Source: Nemertoderma westbladi (taxonomy: Eukaryota > Animalia > Xenacoelomorpha). Taken from it: a stretch of DNA of 38,774 nt. Location of the stretch: assembly GCA_032718475.1 (NCBI GenBank), contig JAUCBJ010001868.1, forward strand, positions 1 to 38,774, in the 5' to 3' direction. This document shows, piece after piece, positions 10,301 to 21,430 of the stretch. The stretch's first letter is position 1, and the number at the start of each line of letters is the position of its first letter. Under the pieces are notes generated by a model. It searched no databases, was not told where the DNA came from, and saw nothing but the letters and a program-made list of their open reading frames with translations. The translations under genes were made by a program, and so were the position numbers.

Positions 10301-13172
10301 CATTTCATTTCATTTGTTTTATTTACTTCAAGCATTGTTACAGTATATACAGTATATACTTATAATTGCACATTTTATTTAATGTGAATTAAAAACTGAC
10401 AAGTTATGTTGATGAAGTAGGACGCCGCCTTGTCGCAATGCGAGTTGAGTGGCGGTCGCCCTAAAATGTGAAGCCTGATGGATGATAAGATTATGATGAG
10501 ATGATCAGATCTATGCAACACCATCTGTTTATAAGCCCAAACTACACCCCCCCCCCCCCCCCCCCCCGGGTTGTCACTCCAGATACTCCAGCCCCTTGTG
10601 GTAAAAGCTCAATTTTAATATTGGTTATGCTGTAATATTTGCAAATGCAAAGTAGTACTTATATGAACGGTTTTTATGTTTGAATAATTCGTTAGTTTTA
10701 CCGAATTTCATTTACCCCGTTGGGGAGTGTATATTATTATATTAATAATTCGTTAGTTAAATTGTTTTTAAACGTCCTTTAGAATTAATGGTACAGTACA
10801 TATATATTCCGGAATATTTTTTCACAATTTTTCCCCAGCGTATGCAAGAGATGCCTGGCCGAGTGTTAGTTTTTTCCGAGATATAAAAAATTTGTTTGTT
10901 TCTGCGGCTCTTGTATGATATCGATGAATCCGTCCTACACGTTGAAAAGATTTTGAAAAGTCAGTCACTTCATATTCATAAAAAACGGAATGCATTAGTA
11001 GACCTAATTGTAGACAGTGTAAGTGCTGAATCGGCAATATACGTAAATTACGATAAATTGGAAACGAATGGCTTTGGCTATCAGAATAGGTGATGCACAT
11101 TAAAATTTTATTAACTTTAATACGAATTTTTTGTATTTGACTTTGTTTCGACCCCAGACTATTAAGCAATACTGGATATATGGGTGAACGAGGGAGTAGT
11201 AAAGTTGCTTTAAAATATTAAAAGAGAAAAACAGATGCCGTAATTTATAAAACAATCCTGAACATTTCGATATTTTTTTTTAAAAGCAAACTCTATATGT
11301 GCTTTCCATGTGAATCCAACGAAACAGATGCATTACAAGCCCTCCAGAGATGTATTGCAGATATACGTAGGTGGTGTATTGTAAACAAACTTAAAATAAA
11401 CGATGATAAAACCGAGTTCATAATACTGGGAACACCTCAACAACTCTCTAAAGTATCTACACAATACATAAACGTTGGTAACTTCAAAATACGCCCTGCA
11501 AAATTTGTAAAGAACCTCGGCACATGGTTCGATCCAAATCTCACCATGGGAAAATTCATATCCAAAACTTGTAATGCCGCGTTCTTCCACATCCATAATA
11601 TTCGCCGTATCATCAACTTTCTTGACCAAAAGTCCGCTAAAACAGTTATACATTCACTTATTTCAAGTCGGATTGACTACTGTAACGGCCTCCTCTATGG
11701 GGTGTCTAGCTACCAACTAGCAAAATTGCAACGTGTGCAAAACTCGGCCGCCCGCCTACTAACTAGGGTTCACAAGTATGACCACATTACGCCGTCTCAA
11801 AGAATTACATTGGCTACCAGTGCGTAAACGCATTGAGTTTAAATTGCTTCTCCTTGTCCACAAGTCCACCTTAGGTCACGCACCACAGTACATATCTGAC
11901 ATGCTTGTCCGGGTCAATCGCAATAACAACACTACAAGGAATTGCTCTACACTCACTTTCGTTGAGCCGCGATTCAACTGTCAAACCCTAGGGCGCCGGG
12001 CATTCCCAGTAGCCGCCCCACGACTCTGGAACAAACTCCCAAAAGATATCCGCTCGATTTCCGACACCACAATTTTTAAACAGCGACTCAAAACACATCT
12101 TTTTGAAATTGCATATAATTAAACTCCAAATCATGAACTCTCTAATTATTTTATTCCAACTCTAGATATTCAATCAACTCTCCAAAAACTGTAAACTTCT
12201 TTTAATTTGTTCTTCATGCGTTTTTTAGTGTTTCTGTTCATTTTATTACCCCATCGCTCGTTTTTATTGTTTCAGTACGTCCGTCAACTACACTTTTTAA
12301 CTATGCTAATTAATTTTTTTATTACATATTTTTTACTGTACGTTTCATTTACGGCGAGTATATTTATCAATTTGTACTGTATGTTCCACTTTTTAACGAT
12401 TGTAATAACTTTTAGTCATGTCGAACTGCACGTTTTATCGTTAGTGACGACTATAATTTTTTAATTTCTGTACTACTTGCACTGCTAGTTTTAATGTTAT
12501 ATTGCTTGTGACGTAAGCGCCTTAGCATACTTCTATTGTTGTAAATTCGGCGCTATACAAATGCATCATTATTATTATTATTAGCATCCATTATTACTCC
12601 TAGATATTTAATCTGTTGCACTTGTTTCAACCTTGTTCCTCCTATATTCAAATTACGATCGCAAAATTTATATATAAAATAAAATATAAAATATATTATG
12701 TTTTCTTCACGTTTAACGTTAATCGATTTGACACGAGCCATTCCTGGATTTTGATTAATTCCTCATTAACTTTGTCAAAAACTTTTTCGGGTACTTTATG
12801 GCGGGTAATGAAACTAGCATCATCGGCGATCAAGGTTGTTTCCATATCGGTAACTGAGGATAAATCGTTGATATAGACCAAAAATAATAATGGGCCTAAG
12901 AGGCTACCTTGTTGGACTCCAGTTGTTATGGTGGCAATTGAAGAGGAATATCCGTTTAAGTTAACGTACTGGGTTCGGTTTGAAATATAGTCTTTAAATA
13001 GATTAAGGGGTTTGCCTCGCACACCGTAGTATTCTAATTTTTTAAGCAAAACACTATGATCAATTGTGTATCGAATGCTTCCTTATATCGATGTACTCTA
13101 TAAGGCACAAGATGATACTCCAGATTCAATAGCTTCAATTATTTGTTCTGTTACAGTGATGATAGCCTGAGT
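10301..13172 (-). mobile_element. Decayed CR1-clade LINE (RT region to 3' end), interrupted by an L2-like insertion
   Basis: LLKKLEYYGVRG..GVQQGSLLGPLLFLVYINDL..IADD..NRLTLNVKKT..IKYLGV (12584-13172), resuming as KISKCSGLFYKLR..YSLVHPYIQYC..VWG..HRYHTR (10822-11280). The 3' end has AATAAA plus (AATGA)n near 10301-10322 on the minus strand. Confidence 0.8.
11281..12583 (+). mobile_element. 5'-truncated L2-like LINE inserted into the CR1 element
   Basis: NKLKINDDKTEF..KNLG.WFD..SRIDYCN.LL.G..KLQRVQN.AAR..HITP / LHWLPV..RIEFK..GRRAF.VAAPRLWN.LP..LKTHLF; frameshift near 11795; AT-rich 3' UTR ending GCGCTATACAAATGCATC(ATT)n. Confidence 0.88.
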
Positions 13173-13174
13173 TG

Positions 13175-14290
13175 TCAGGTCAGGTATTCTAGGTCATTGA
13201 TCAAGCACCTCCATGCAGCATAAAGGAGGTGCCACCTGAAAGAGTAGATATGGGTGATGGGCCTCATGTCTGACTTCATTGCGGCACCCATCCTGTGGAA
13301 TGGCAAACCAGGGTGTGGTATTTGCCCCGAGAGCTGACTCGGCAAAAAAGCACCCCCCAACCCCCACTATGGATTATATTAGTAATGCGGAGGTCCGGCC
13401 ACTAGAGGCCAGTGGAATTACCGGACACAATCGCCCTCACAGGCGTCAGTTAACTCCTGACCGGCTGCCTGTCTCACCCCCTACTGGAGAGAGAGTAGCC
13501 AACAACTCTTTGAGCCCCTTTCCTGATGACCTTTCTGGCCCAAACCCTGGGTCACCAGGGAGGCCAGATTGTGATGGGGAGAGGGATTCTGGAGTTGGAG
13601 GCTACTCTCATGTTCCACCCCGACCAACAAAGCCATTGGTGAATCTGAGGCAAGTCACTAGACTAACCTCAGTAAACACCCTAACACTCGGGTCCCCAAT
13701 GCGACAAGGTGAGCTGACTGCCTTGGCAGATAAGCTTTCTCTTAGCGCAGTGCGGAATGCAGACTGGACAGACTGATGGGGTTCTGATTAAGGACATGGG
13801 GGGCGGTTGGCGACTCGCCCTCGCGTCAGCAGATGATAGTGGCAATGGTGGAATTGGTCTATTGATGAATCCAACTGCACATGCAGCATTGGACAAAATG
13901 GACCAAATCTCTAACCGCATCATCCGTTGCCACTTCTCATGTTCTGGAAGACTGGCTAAGAAGTTTCCTAAGGTGGTTCTGATTGTGTGCTACTCTCCAA
14001 CTAGTGTTGCCCCTGTAGATGAGGTGGAAAATTTCTACCACAATCTACTAGCAGCTACTGATGGAGTGGATCAGCATGTATTCTTAACATTCCTGGGAGA
14101 CTTTAATGCAAGTCTACATCAATCACCTACATCGCCCTGGGTCTATAGCAATAGTGTTAACCGAAATTCTGTCCATCTTCAAGATTTTATCTCTGGAAAT
14201 GGATTGTTTTCGGCTGGAACCCAGTTCAAGAAGCGAACTGGAAAGCTATGGATTCATAGTGGACCCAGTAGTAGTAGGAGAAACATAGAC
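13175..14290 (+). mobile_element. 5' part of an RTE-like LINE: Pro-rich leader and APE endonuclease (frameshifted, truncated)
   Basis: SVNTLTL..GGIGLLM..ISNRII..IVCYSPT..ENFY..LGDFNA..NRN..TQFKKR.GKLW...NID; breaks off right after the NID motif. Confidence 0.85.
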
Positions 14291-14514
14291 CTCGGCATAC
14301 TCCTCCCTAGCTTGGGCTATGGGCTAGATCTCGGAGGGCTATTAAAAATGCCAAATTCCGGTGCTAAATTGCAGTGTTTAATGACCATCTGTCACCTACA
14401 GTATTGATTCGCGTCGTTGCCTTGCCTTCAACCAATCGTTGCTTATCACCTACGCGTAGCCTAACCTCAATCGACCGAACGACCGACCGATCGACTGACT
14501 GAATGCTGTTACCC

Positions 14515-14565
<51 letters not shown>
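14515..14565 (+). repeat. (ACTA)n microsatellite within a simple-repeat-rich stretch
   Basis: About 12 ACTA units, preceded by GACC/GACT repeats. Confidence 0.9.
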
Positions 14566-15056
14566 GGCCCACCGGTTATTCACCTTTTCGCCACGCTACC
14601 ACCACCCCCCACTGTATACTGTATATGTGATGATACTACTAACAACGACGTGGCCATCTACACGCATATACCCCACCCGATATTATATCGATTGCCAACT
14701 CAACGATTTACCCACCGCTAGCTACCGCTACTCCTCGACGGCTGTCGCCAATCCAACCAACCAAGCAGTATGATACATGAAATTCCACCACGTTCCAATT
14801 ACGCGTATACGTGCATTAGTGATTATTATTATTATTATTACGCAATAATTGTTGATTATACAGTAGTTCCCTACCGGCTAATCAACCAATCAATAAACTG
14901 AATTTAGGTTATTTCTCAGTTGAAGACCTGTATTATTTTTGAAAATATTTTATATATAATCTCTTGCTTTAATCACAATTAATCATTTGTAATGGTTTTA
15001 GTTTAAAAGTTTTTACTTTGTTTGTTTGATTTACAATAAAATAAATTAATTAAATA

Positions 15057-15509
15057 ATGTCTTCTGATTCCGATATGGTTATGCCAATAGTAAGGCATTC
15101 ATTTTTTGGAGAAGATGGTGAAGCCTATATTGTTATTGATTATACAATTTACCGTCATGGAGATGATAAATATAAAATTGAGTTTTCTGAAAAAGCCAGG
15201 AAAGTTTTAAGCTCAATTGATATTAGTGCTTCTGATAATAGTATTCATCTCTTAGATTACAACCTGAAAGTTGAGCAAGAGGGAAAATTGGGAAAATTAA
15301 TCAACATCTTACTATTATCCATGATAGAGGGGTTAATTGTTATTACACAATACAACGAAGCTGGTGAAAAGTTTGAAATACGGCTAAATCGGCATAGCCC
15401 CTACGAAATTATGTCTTTCTTTATTGTAATGATTTCAAAAGAATCCTTTGTCGAAACTGAAGAATCAACAGATAATGTTGAATATGTTGATAATATCATT
15501 GATTCTTGA
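15057..15509 (+). CDS. Hypothetical acidic 150-aa protein of the viral element
   Basis: Open 150 codons in AT-rich DNA, co-oriented with the viral genes, TAAATAATG start context; no family recognised. Confidence 0.55.
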   Translation: MSSDSDMVMPIVRHSFFGEDGEAYIVIDYTIYRHGDDKYKIEFSEKARKVLSSIDISASDNSIHLLDYNLKVEQEGKLGKLINILLLSMIEGLIVITQYNEAGEKFEIRLNRHSPYEIMSFFIVMISKESFVETEESTDNVEYVDNIIDS

Positions 15510-15634
15510 CTTTTCCCTCTATTACAAATATTTTATGATTATTTATAAAATTTTGATGTTTTTAATTATGAAAAAAACATCAAATTTTAAATAATCGAAA
15601 ATTGTAGTAGTAATTGTATATACAGTATAACAGA

Positions 15635-15639
15635 TTTGT

Positions 15640-15730
<91 letters not shown>

Positions 15731-15731
15731 G
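15635..15731 (+). repeat. (TTG)n microsatellite
   Basis: About 30 TTG units. Confidence 0.95.
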
Positions 15732-15773
15732 TATTGAGGTAATTATTTTCAATTTACTTTAAAATTTGGAAAA

Positions 15774-16019
15774 ATGGATATTTTAAATGAAAAATGTCCA
15801 GTTTGCTATTCTAAGTTATTGCAACAACATCGAGATTATTACAAATGTGAAAATAAACATGCAACTTGCGTACAATGTATTGTACAATATTCCGAAATGA
15901 ATAATTATTGTTCTAAAATTTGTCCTATTTGTCGCGCACCCATATCTAAGTTTAATATAAAGTTGGCAAGTTATCAACCCTATTATTGGAAAGAGCTTCG
16001 AAATATAACTTATATTTAG
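15774..16019 (+). CDS. RING-finger protein (putative E3 ligase), possibly frameshifted and originally longer
   Basis: CPVC-x13-CENKH-xx-CVQC-x13-CPICR Cys/His spacing; another frame stays open from about 16021 to 16236. Confidence 0.75.
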   Translation: MDILNEKCPVCYSKLLQQHRDYYKCENKHATCVQCIVQYSEMNNYCSKICPICRAPISKFNIKLASYQPYYWKELRNITYI

Positions 16020-16459
16020 TATATTAACTTATATAAGTAATGATCCAGGAGATTTATTTACAATATTGGAGAATATTTTTTATAGAAATGTAGTACGACG
16101 GTGTTGCTACTATATTCCTTATTTTTTTAGCAGCGAACATAAAAAAATCATTAGTGCGAAATTCTCGGGAAGTGATTTCCAAACCGCCGATGTTACCTAT
16201 CATTATTTCGCGTATAAAGATGCTCACCATGCTTGAAATTACATTGAAAATGAGTCTATACTATAATTGGAAATAGCACCTTTTGTTGCAGCGAGCGTCA
16301 CATACTGTAGTTGTGTCATATGTTAATTAAATATACAGTACTCTAATATTGTAGTTGCATCAATTATTGTTATATACATAGTAATGGTGATGGTTTATTG
16401 ATATTGATATTGATATTATATTATATTGTATTGTTGATATATCTTAATAATAATAATAA

Positions 16460-17140
16460 ATGGCTGACTTTAATTCAGGTCCATATAATTTAAACTTTCA
16501 AATGGGAACGAGTATGATAATTTCTGGCCCATCTGGTTCTGGAAAATCAACGTTTGTCAGTAATTTAATTAAACACAAGAATGGTTGTTTCAACGAAGCC
16601 CCCCTGCGAGTATTGTATTGTTACGGGAGCAATCCCCCGACTATTCCCGGTATTACTCACCTTTATAAAGGTTTGCCAGAAAATATAGATAGTTTAGTGA
16701 ATAGTCGAGATTTATTAATTATAGATGATTTATTAACAGAAACTGAGTCCAGTACAGCTTTAACTGTATTGTTTACTAAGGTAGCTCATCATTCCAATAT
16801 ATTTATTTGTTTTATAACGCAAAACATGTTTTACGGTGGGAAGCATAACCGCACAAGATCAATTAATAGCCATACCTTAGTATTAATGAAAAATCCGCGA
16901 GACAGTCTATCGGTTTTAAATTTCGCGAAGCAGATGTTACCTGGGCAGACCAAATTTTTAGTAGATTCCTATCAAAATGCGACTATTGAACCATTTTCGC
17001 ATTTCTTAATTGATTTACGACAGGAAACACCCGAACATTTAAGATTTAGATCGGATATATTTCGTAATCATAATTGTTACATTAAAAATTACATTGACTA
17101 TAAACGTAGCGAAAATAATAATAATAATAATGATAAATAA
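16460..17140 (+). CDS. A32/FtsK-like genome-packaging ATPase (Polinton ATP)
   Basis: Walker A GPSGSGKS, Walker B LLIIDD, HH.N...FITQN, RT.S.N...VLMKNPRD; ORF intact. Confidence 0.92.
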   Translation: MADFNSGPYNLNFQMGTSMIISGPSGSGKSTFVSNLIKHKNGCFNEAPLRVLYCYGSNPPTIPGITHLYKGLPENIDSLVNSRDLLIIDDLLTETESSTALTVLFTKVAHHSNIFICFITQNMFYGGKHNRTRSINSHTLVLMKNPRDSLSVLNFAKQMLPGQTKFLVDSYQNATIEPFSHFLIDLRQETPEHLRFRSDIFRNHNCYIKNYIDYKRSENNNNNNDK

Positions 17141-17177
17141 TTAATATTTTGTAACAATTTTCAATAATGTTGCAACA

Positions 17178-17561
17178 ATGAATAGACTTGTGCAGAAATA
17201 TCGTAACGAACTGGAATTTCTACGCAGCGCTACCCCTCAACAAAGAACTTATTTTATTAACCATACGGCGAGTAACGAATTAATACGGCTCATTATAAAT
17301 ACTGCATTAAATGTTCTAAAAGGTAATGTACAATTAACCCCTCATTCATTTAGAAATATTCGCCGCTATAAGAAGGTATTGAAATCACTCAACCGTAAAA
17401 CAAAAAATATATCAAGTTACAGAAAAAAGTTAAGCAATCAATCTGGAGGTATACTACCGTTTCTAATACCCTTACTCGGCATTGGCGCGAAACTTGCCGC
17501 GAGTGCTGGTGCCGCCGCCGCTGGAGCAGCTATTGCGAAAAAAATTAACCGTGGACGGTAA
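17178..17561 (+). CDS. Basic virion/core protein with an adenovirus pX-like C-terminal peptide
   Basis: Basic body (ALNVLKGNV..RRYKKVLKSL) followed by QSGG-ILPFLIPLLGIGAKLAASAGAAAAG; lies directly after the ATPase. Confidence 0.72.
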   Translation: MNRLVQKYRNELEFLRSATPQQRTYFINHTASNELIRLIINTALNVLKGNVQLTPHSFRNIRRYKKVLKSLNRKTKNISSYRKKLSNQSGGILPFLIPLLGIGAKLAASAGAAAAGAAIAKKINRGR

Positions 17562-17563
17562 TA

Positions 17564-17734
17564 ATGGTTAAAACAGGAGTAACATTTGGAAAATTATATT
17601 TAGTATCGAGTAAACCGTTAGCTACTGATTTAAAACCACAAGATATACCTAGAGTAAATACTACAAAAAGAAAACCCTTTAAAACATCAACTTCAAAGAA
17701 AATAATTAAAAAATTTCAGTTGTTCTTACGGTGA
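17564..17734 (+). CDS. Small basic ORF (56 aa), possibly a remnant of a longer viral gene
   Basis: MVKTGVTFGKLYLVSSKP...KKIIKKFQLFLR; starts at TAATAATG right after the previous stop and fills the gap before the integrase. Confidence 0.4.
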   Translation: MVKTGVTFGKLYLVSSKPLATDLKPQDIPRVNTTKRKPFKTSTSKKIIKKFQLFLR

Positions 17735-17796
17735 TGCCCTTTATAAGAGATTTGAATATACATATTACTTGTGGTTGTCGAAAAGATGCCACCAAG

Positions 17797-18876
17797 ATGA
17801 AACCGATTTTAAGCCGAAGCTTAGACAAAAAACTGTTAAGAATTTATTTAGATCCTTCATCCCCCGCGGGTTTTGCAAGTGTTGCAAAATTAGCAAAAGC
17901 TGCAAACATCAAACCAGCACAAGCCCAGAAATGGTTGAGCGGGCAAAAGACATACACCCTTCACGCTCCACGTAGACATCATTATCCAACATCTAAAATA
18001 TTTACGGGAGGCTTAAAAGATATATATATGATAGATCTGGTGGATATGCAGCAATATAAATCACAAAATAATAATTATAACTATATATTAACATGTATTG
18101 ATGCCTTTAGCAGGCTTGCTTTTGCCTATGGCATGAAAACAAAAAAGGGTATTGAAATTATTAGTATATTGCAAAAAATATTCCAGAAAGGAAAACCAAA
18201 CAGAATCGCGACTGATCAAGGGTCTGAGTTTCTAAATAAATCTGTAAGAAAATATTTAGATACGTTAGGTATACAGTATTACGTAATGTATTCTGTGAAT
18301 AAGGCGGCTATTGTCGAGAGATTCAATAGAACATTAAAAACAAAGATGTTCAAAATTTTCACGCAACGGGGAAATAATGTTTGGATTAAAATTTTACCAA
18401 AGCTCATTTATGCTTATAATAGGTCATATCATAGGACAATACAAATGACACCTATTGAAGTTAATAAATTTAATGAAACTGAATTAATGAATAGATTATA
18501 TGGGAAATATAGACAGATTAATCACAAGAAAATAAAATTTAAAGTTGGAGATACAGTACGATTATCTATCGCTCGTACTGCTTTTGCTAAAGGCTATCGA
18601 GAACAATGGACACGTGAATTATTTATTATTCATCGGGTCAGGTTGGATAGAGTACCAGCGGTAATGTTCGATATTAAGGACAGCACCGGAGCTATAATAA
18701 AGGGCTCATTTTATTCTCACGAACTTCAAAAGGTCCACCCGAATAATAATATTTATCTAGCAATTGACAAAAAAAATATTGGCAAACTTAAAGAACGTGT
18801 ACGCAATGGGAAGAAAGAATATTTAGTCCGATTCATCGGATCCAAGAAACAGTCCTGGGTACAGCATATTCAATAA
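17797..18876 (+). CDS. Polinton-type rve (DDE) integrase with a C-terminal chromodomain-like end
   Basis: Y.DP.SP.GF, YTLH, IDLVDM, IDAFSR, TDQGSEF, VERFNRTLK, YN.S.HRTI.MTP, FKVGD.VR, F.KGY...WT.E.F, G.FY..ELQ, YLVRF.G..SWV; first ATG at 17797; intact. Confidence 0.95.
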   Translation: MKPILSRSLDKKLLRIYLDPSSPAGFASVAKLAKAANIKPAQAQKWLSGQKTYTLHAPRRHHYPTSKIFTGGLKDIYMIDLVDMQQYKSQNNNYNYILTCIDAFSRLAFAYGMKTKKGIEIISILQKIFQKGKPNRIATDQGSEFLNKSVRKYLDTLGIQYYVMYSVNKAAIVERFNRTLKTKMFKIFTQRGNNVWIKILPKLIYAYNRSYHRTIQMTPIEVNKFNETELMNRLYGKYRQINHKKIKFKVGDTVRLSIARTAFAKGYREQWTRELFIIHRVRLDRVPAVMFDIKDSTGAIIKGSFYSHELQKVHPNNNIYLAIDKKNIGKLKERVRNGKKEYLVRFIGSKKQSWVQHIQ

Positions 18877-19125
18877 GCTTAGGTTTATACTGTATATTAA
18901 TTCATTTTGGTCGCATATGACCGTAATTAATCAATAATATTAACTCGAATGATATTACTATATCTATAGTTCATCCGCTTTAAATAAAGCCAGTAAAATA
19001 TTGATCCCACGCATATACTGTAGAAGATGCTGGCAATGAACGTGGTCACAGATGTCTATAATTTAACATTATACTGTATGTACAAAGGAGTCAAGTAGAG
19101 AGAGCGAGCTTAAATAATAATAATA

Positions 19126-20000
19126 ATGGCCACAGATACATATATCACTCTACTTTCAGATAGCTCATTGAACACTTATCCCAATAATAATCCTAGTGAG
19201 TTTACTGTTGATTTAGCCGAAGAATTATATATTGGTCCAAATGCCAAAATTGGACTTGCCGAACTTCAATACCAAGCAACATACAGTAATATTACGCTGC
19301 AAACTCAAATTTCGCTGTCAATCGGGGTAGATGCAAAAGATGCCAAATTATATAGTTTATTTCCTGGTATGCATAACTCTATTCAAGTGATTATTGATGA
19401 TATAAATAAACTGTTTAATTCTGAAGCGAAATATAGAGATTTCGAATTCATTTTTAATACAAATAATTCTAGAATTAAATTTAAATTTCCTAAAAAGTTG
19501 AAAAAAATACTATTAAGTCTACGTGGTGATTTAATACAAATTCTAGGCTTAAAACGGTTATTGGATCAGAATCATCCAGGTATTCCGAATTGGGATATAT
19601 ACAGTACCACTACAGTAGATGAATTAAGCAATATAGAACAGCCGATATTAATTTTAAATTATAGCGGACCAAAAATTTCGGAAATTGGCATTTTAGATTT
19701 TCCAGCTCCCACGTATATAACACGTAATAAAGATACAATTTTCATATATACTGATATTATTAAGAGCTCATTTTTGTTGGTGACGCTTTAGCTCCGCTCT
19801 TAAGAACCTGCCCTTTAACGCAATTAAATCGAAAATATATTAATCACGAATACGAGAGCATTTGCTATTACCCATTGTTGAATAAAAAACTAAAAACAAT
19901 CTTAATTACTTTACGTGACGGACAAGGCGAATTAATTAATTTTAGCGGAGGTCACACTGTTATAACACTTAAGTTAATACGGGGTGGCAGTGATGGATGA
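19126..20000 (+). pseudogene. Minor capsid (penton, PX) protein 1, frameshifted near 19772
   Basis: YITLLSDSSLNTYPNNNPSEFTVDL..IGLAELQY ... FIYTDII, then a shifted frame VGDALAPLLR..YYPL..ILITLRDGQGELINFSGGHTVITLKL ending at TGA 19998-20000. Confidence 0.8.
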
Positions 20001-20848
20001 ATTCTACGTAAGACTACCGAGTAACTCCTGTCCAGTTGATTTTCCGCGTAATTCTGCTAGTAGTTATCAGATCAATTTCCATGGCGCCTTACCTATAAAC
20101 CCAAACAAAAACTGGGTGGTAGGTATAAAAAGTATATTTTACTTAGCAACATTACCGTCAATGTATAACAATGTATGTATGTATGAATGTTATTTTATTA
20201 AAAAAAGGGAAAAAAAATTTTGAGGATACACTTCCATCCGGTTTGTTCTACAGTATCAATGACATTATAGATTATTTTAACACGGGGGCGTTGAAAGATA
20301 AATTACAAATAGTTGAAAATACTCAGCAAAATAGGTTGCAATTTATTTTAGGGAAAGCGGTGCGAGAGTTATTTATAGGTCAACAATTAGCCTATTATTT
20401 TGGAATTACTGAAAATAATCTCGGCGCGAATTTAAATCCAAATTTTAAAATTATTTTGAAGACGAAAAATAATAATATAAAGGGTTATTTAATAAAGGTT
20501 ATCGGAAATGGAGAAAAAGCTTACCAGATGGTATTTTTATGCCCTCAACCACCCAATTCTATTCCAGAACCTAAGTCGAACATGTACGTGACTACTAATA
20601 TAATTGAAAATCAATATATTAATGACTTTGGTTTAGCTTTACTTCGTCGTGTTGCGATACCTGATGACGTGAAATATGGTAGCGTAATAAATAAAGAATT
20701 TGTCAAGGATACAATTCATTATATCCCTGTAAAAAAATCATATAAGATAACATACATTCATATTGAAATAACAGACAAAGAAGGAAAAGATTTGAATTTT
20801 GAATACGGGACAACATCTATTACATTACACTTTAAAAAAATAAATTAA
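19993..20848 (+). pseudogene. Minor capsid (penton, PX) protein 2, frameshifted near 20200-20220
   Basis: FYVRLPSNSC..FPRNSASSY..WVVGIKSIFY ... MYVTTNIIE..LLRRV..HYIPV..IHIEITDKEGK.LNFEYG...ITLHFKK. Confidence 0.8.
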
Positions 20849-20849
20849 A

Positions 20850-21428
20850 ATGGATTCTGATTTATTTCAAAGATACAGTAAACCTCAATATGGTGGTGCA
20901 GACTCTAATCTTGCTGTTTTTAAAGGTGGTAGAAGTACGAGAGGCTCGACGCAAGTTCCTGTTTTTCGAGGTGGTTCATATATTGACCCTTATGGTCAAC
21001 AAATTGGTGCATTTGGTCCAAACTTAAAACAACGTCGTTTTCAACGTTATCGTAGAGGTATGTCGCAAACAAATCAACACGGAGAAGGTATATTTACAGA
21101 CGCTTTATCTACATTGAAAAACCATTAAACCATTTGGTAAACCATTAGCTAAAAATTTTTACAAAAAGCTTTACCATTTACTACAAAATTTATGAGACAA
21201 CACGTAATACCAAAAGGTAAGCGGGTCTTACATCAGCAGGCTAATACGGTTATTAATAAAGCATTAAATAAAATGAAACCGTCAACAAGGTCAGTTGTAG
21301 AAAAAGTTTTTAGAGATTTAAAGCGACCTACTAGACCAATGTCTATGAACATACATCATCGTCGTAGTAAAAATAGAAAAATAAAAAAAAAAGGCAAACT
21401 GAAACACTGCGAAAAAAGTATTTTTTAA
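20850..21428 (+). pseudogene. PW-like basic core protein, frameshifted
   Basis: QYGG..VFKGG..VFRGG..QHGEGIF..AL followed by amphipathic and K/R-rich segments in shifted frames; sits between the penton and MCP genes. Confidence 0.6.
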
Positions 21429-21430
21429 TA

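Noticed and set aside
14267-14276. AGTAGTAG as a Polinton terminal (AGT)n motif
   Set aside because: It lies in frame within the LINE endonuclease (GPSSSRRNID), and there is no matching inverted end or TSD.
15543-15752. Poly-Asn ORF
   Set aside because: Translation of the (TTG)n microsatellite.
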